DNA from: Elsinoe ampelina
Taxonomy: Eukaryota
Assembly (NCBI GenBank): GCA_010093995.1
Contig: ML992506.1
Span: 851,196-915,195, forward strand
Direction: 5' to 3'
Length of the DNA stretch: 64,000 nt
The first letter of the stretch is position 1, and every line of letters starts with the position of its first letter. A program made the translations under genes and the position numbers. Positions 63,798 to 64,000 of this stretch are shown in pieces. The notes under the pieces were generated by a model. It saw nothing but the letters and a program-made list of their open reading frames with translations, ran no database searches and was not told the DNA's origin.

Positions 63798-64000
63798 AAA
63801 AGGTCCGGGAGAAAGGCCGGAAACAAAGTTCCAGAAGAAAGAAGAGGTATAATACAGGTCCCGCCTGTCCGTCGCCACCGCTTGGAAACGAATCCTTTAT
63901 GTGCAATCCACCATCCCATCCACCTCCCTCACCCGCATCACTCCATCACGGAATGATGACTGCAGTTCAGATCACCGCCCGATATCCCACTTCGGCTTCA

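Overview
Eukaryotic, intron-rich fungal genomic DNA. It is a filamentous ascomycete, most consistent with a Dothideomycete; this placement is inferred, not proven. About 27 protein-coding genes are supported. Recognisable housekeeping genes are ELP1/IKI3, COX8, MTR4, ECM33, MAG1, QCR7, a mitochondrial NAD+ carrier, acyl-CoA oxidase, BUD6, PBP1, a myo-inositol-type MFS transporter, VPS29, an SDR, MED5, an aldo-keto reductase, NADP-GDH and AGX1. A gene-poor accessory stretch (~11.3-24.6 kb) holds an F-box-like ORF, a small Cys-rich secreted protein followed by an in-frame continuation past its stop, and two orphan genes with degenerate bHLH-like motifs. A ~2.9 kb AT-rich, heavily RIP-mutated island (27377-30315) is bounded by a perfect 15-bp terminal inverted repeat and a CTTGG direct repeat, i.e. 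a DNA transposon relic whose family I cannot assign. A recurrent C-rich to G-rich strand-skew switch runs through many genes irrespective of their orientation. No tRNA, rRNA or CRISPR array was recognised. Exon boundaries were read by eye and all gene identities come from recalled family motifs, not database searches.
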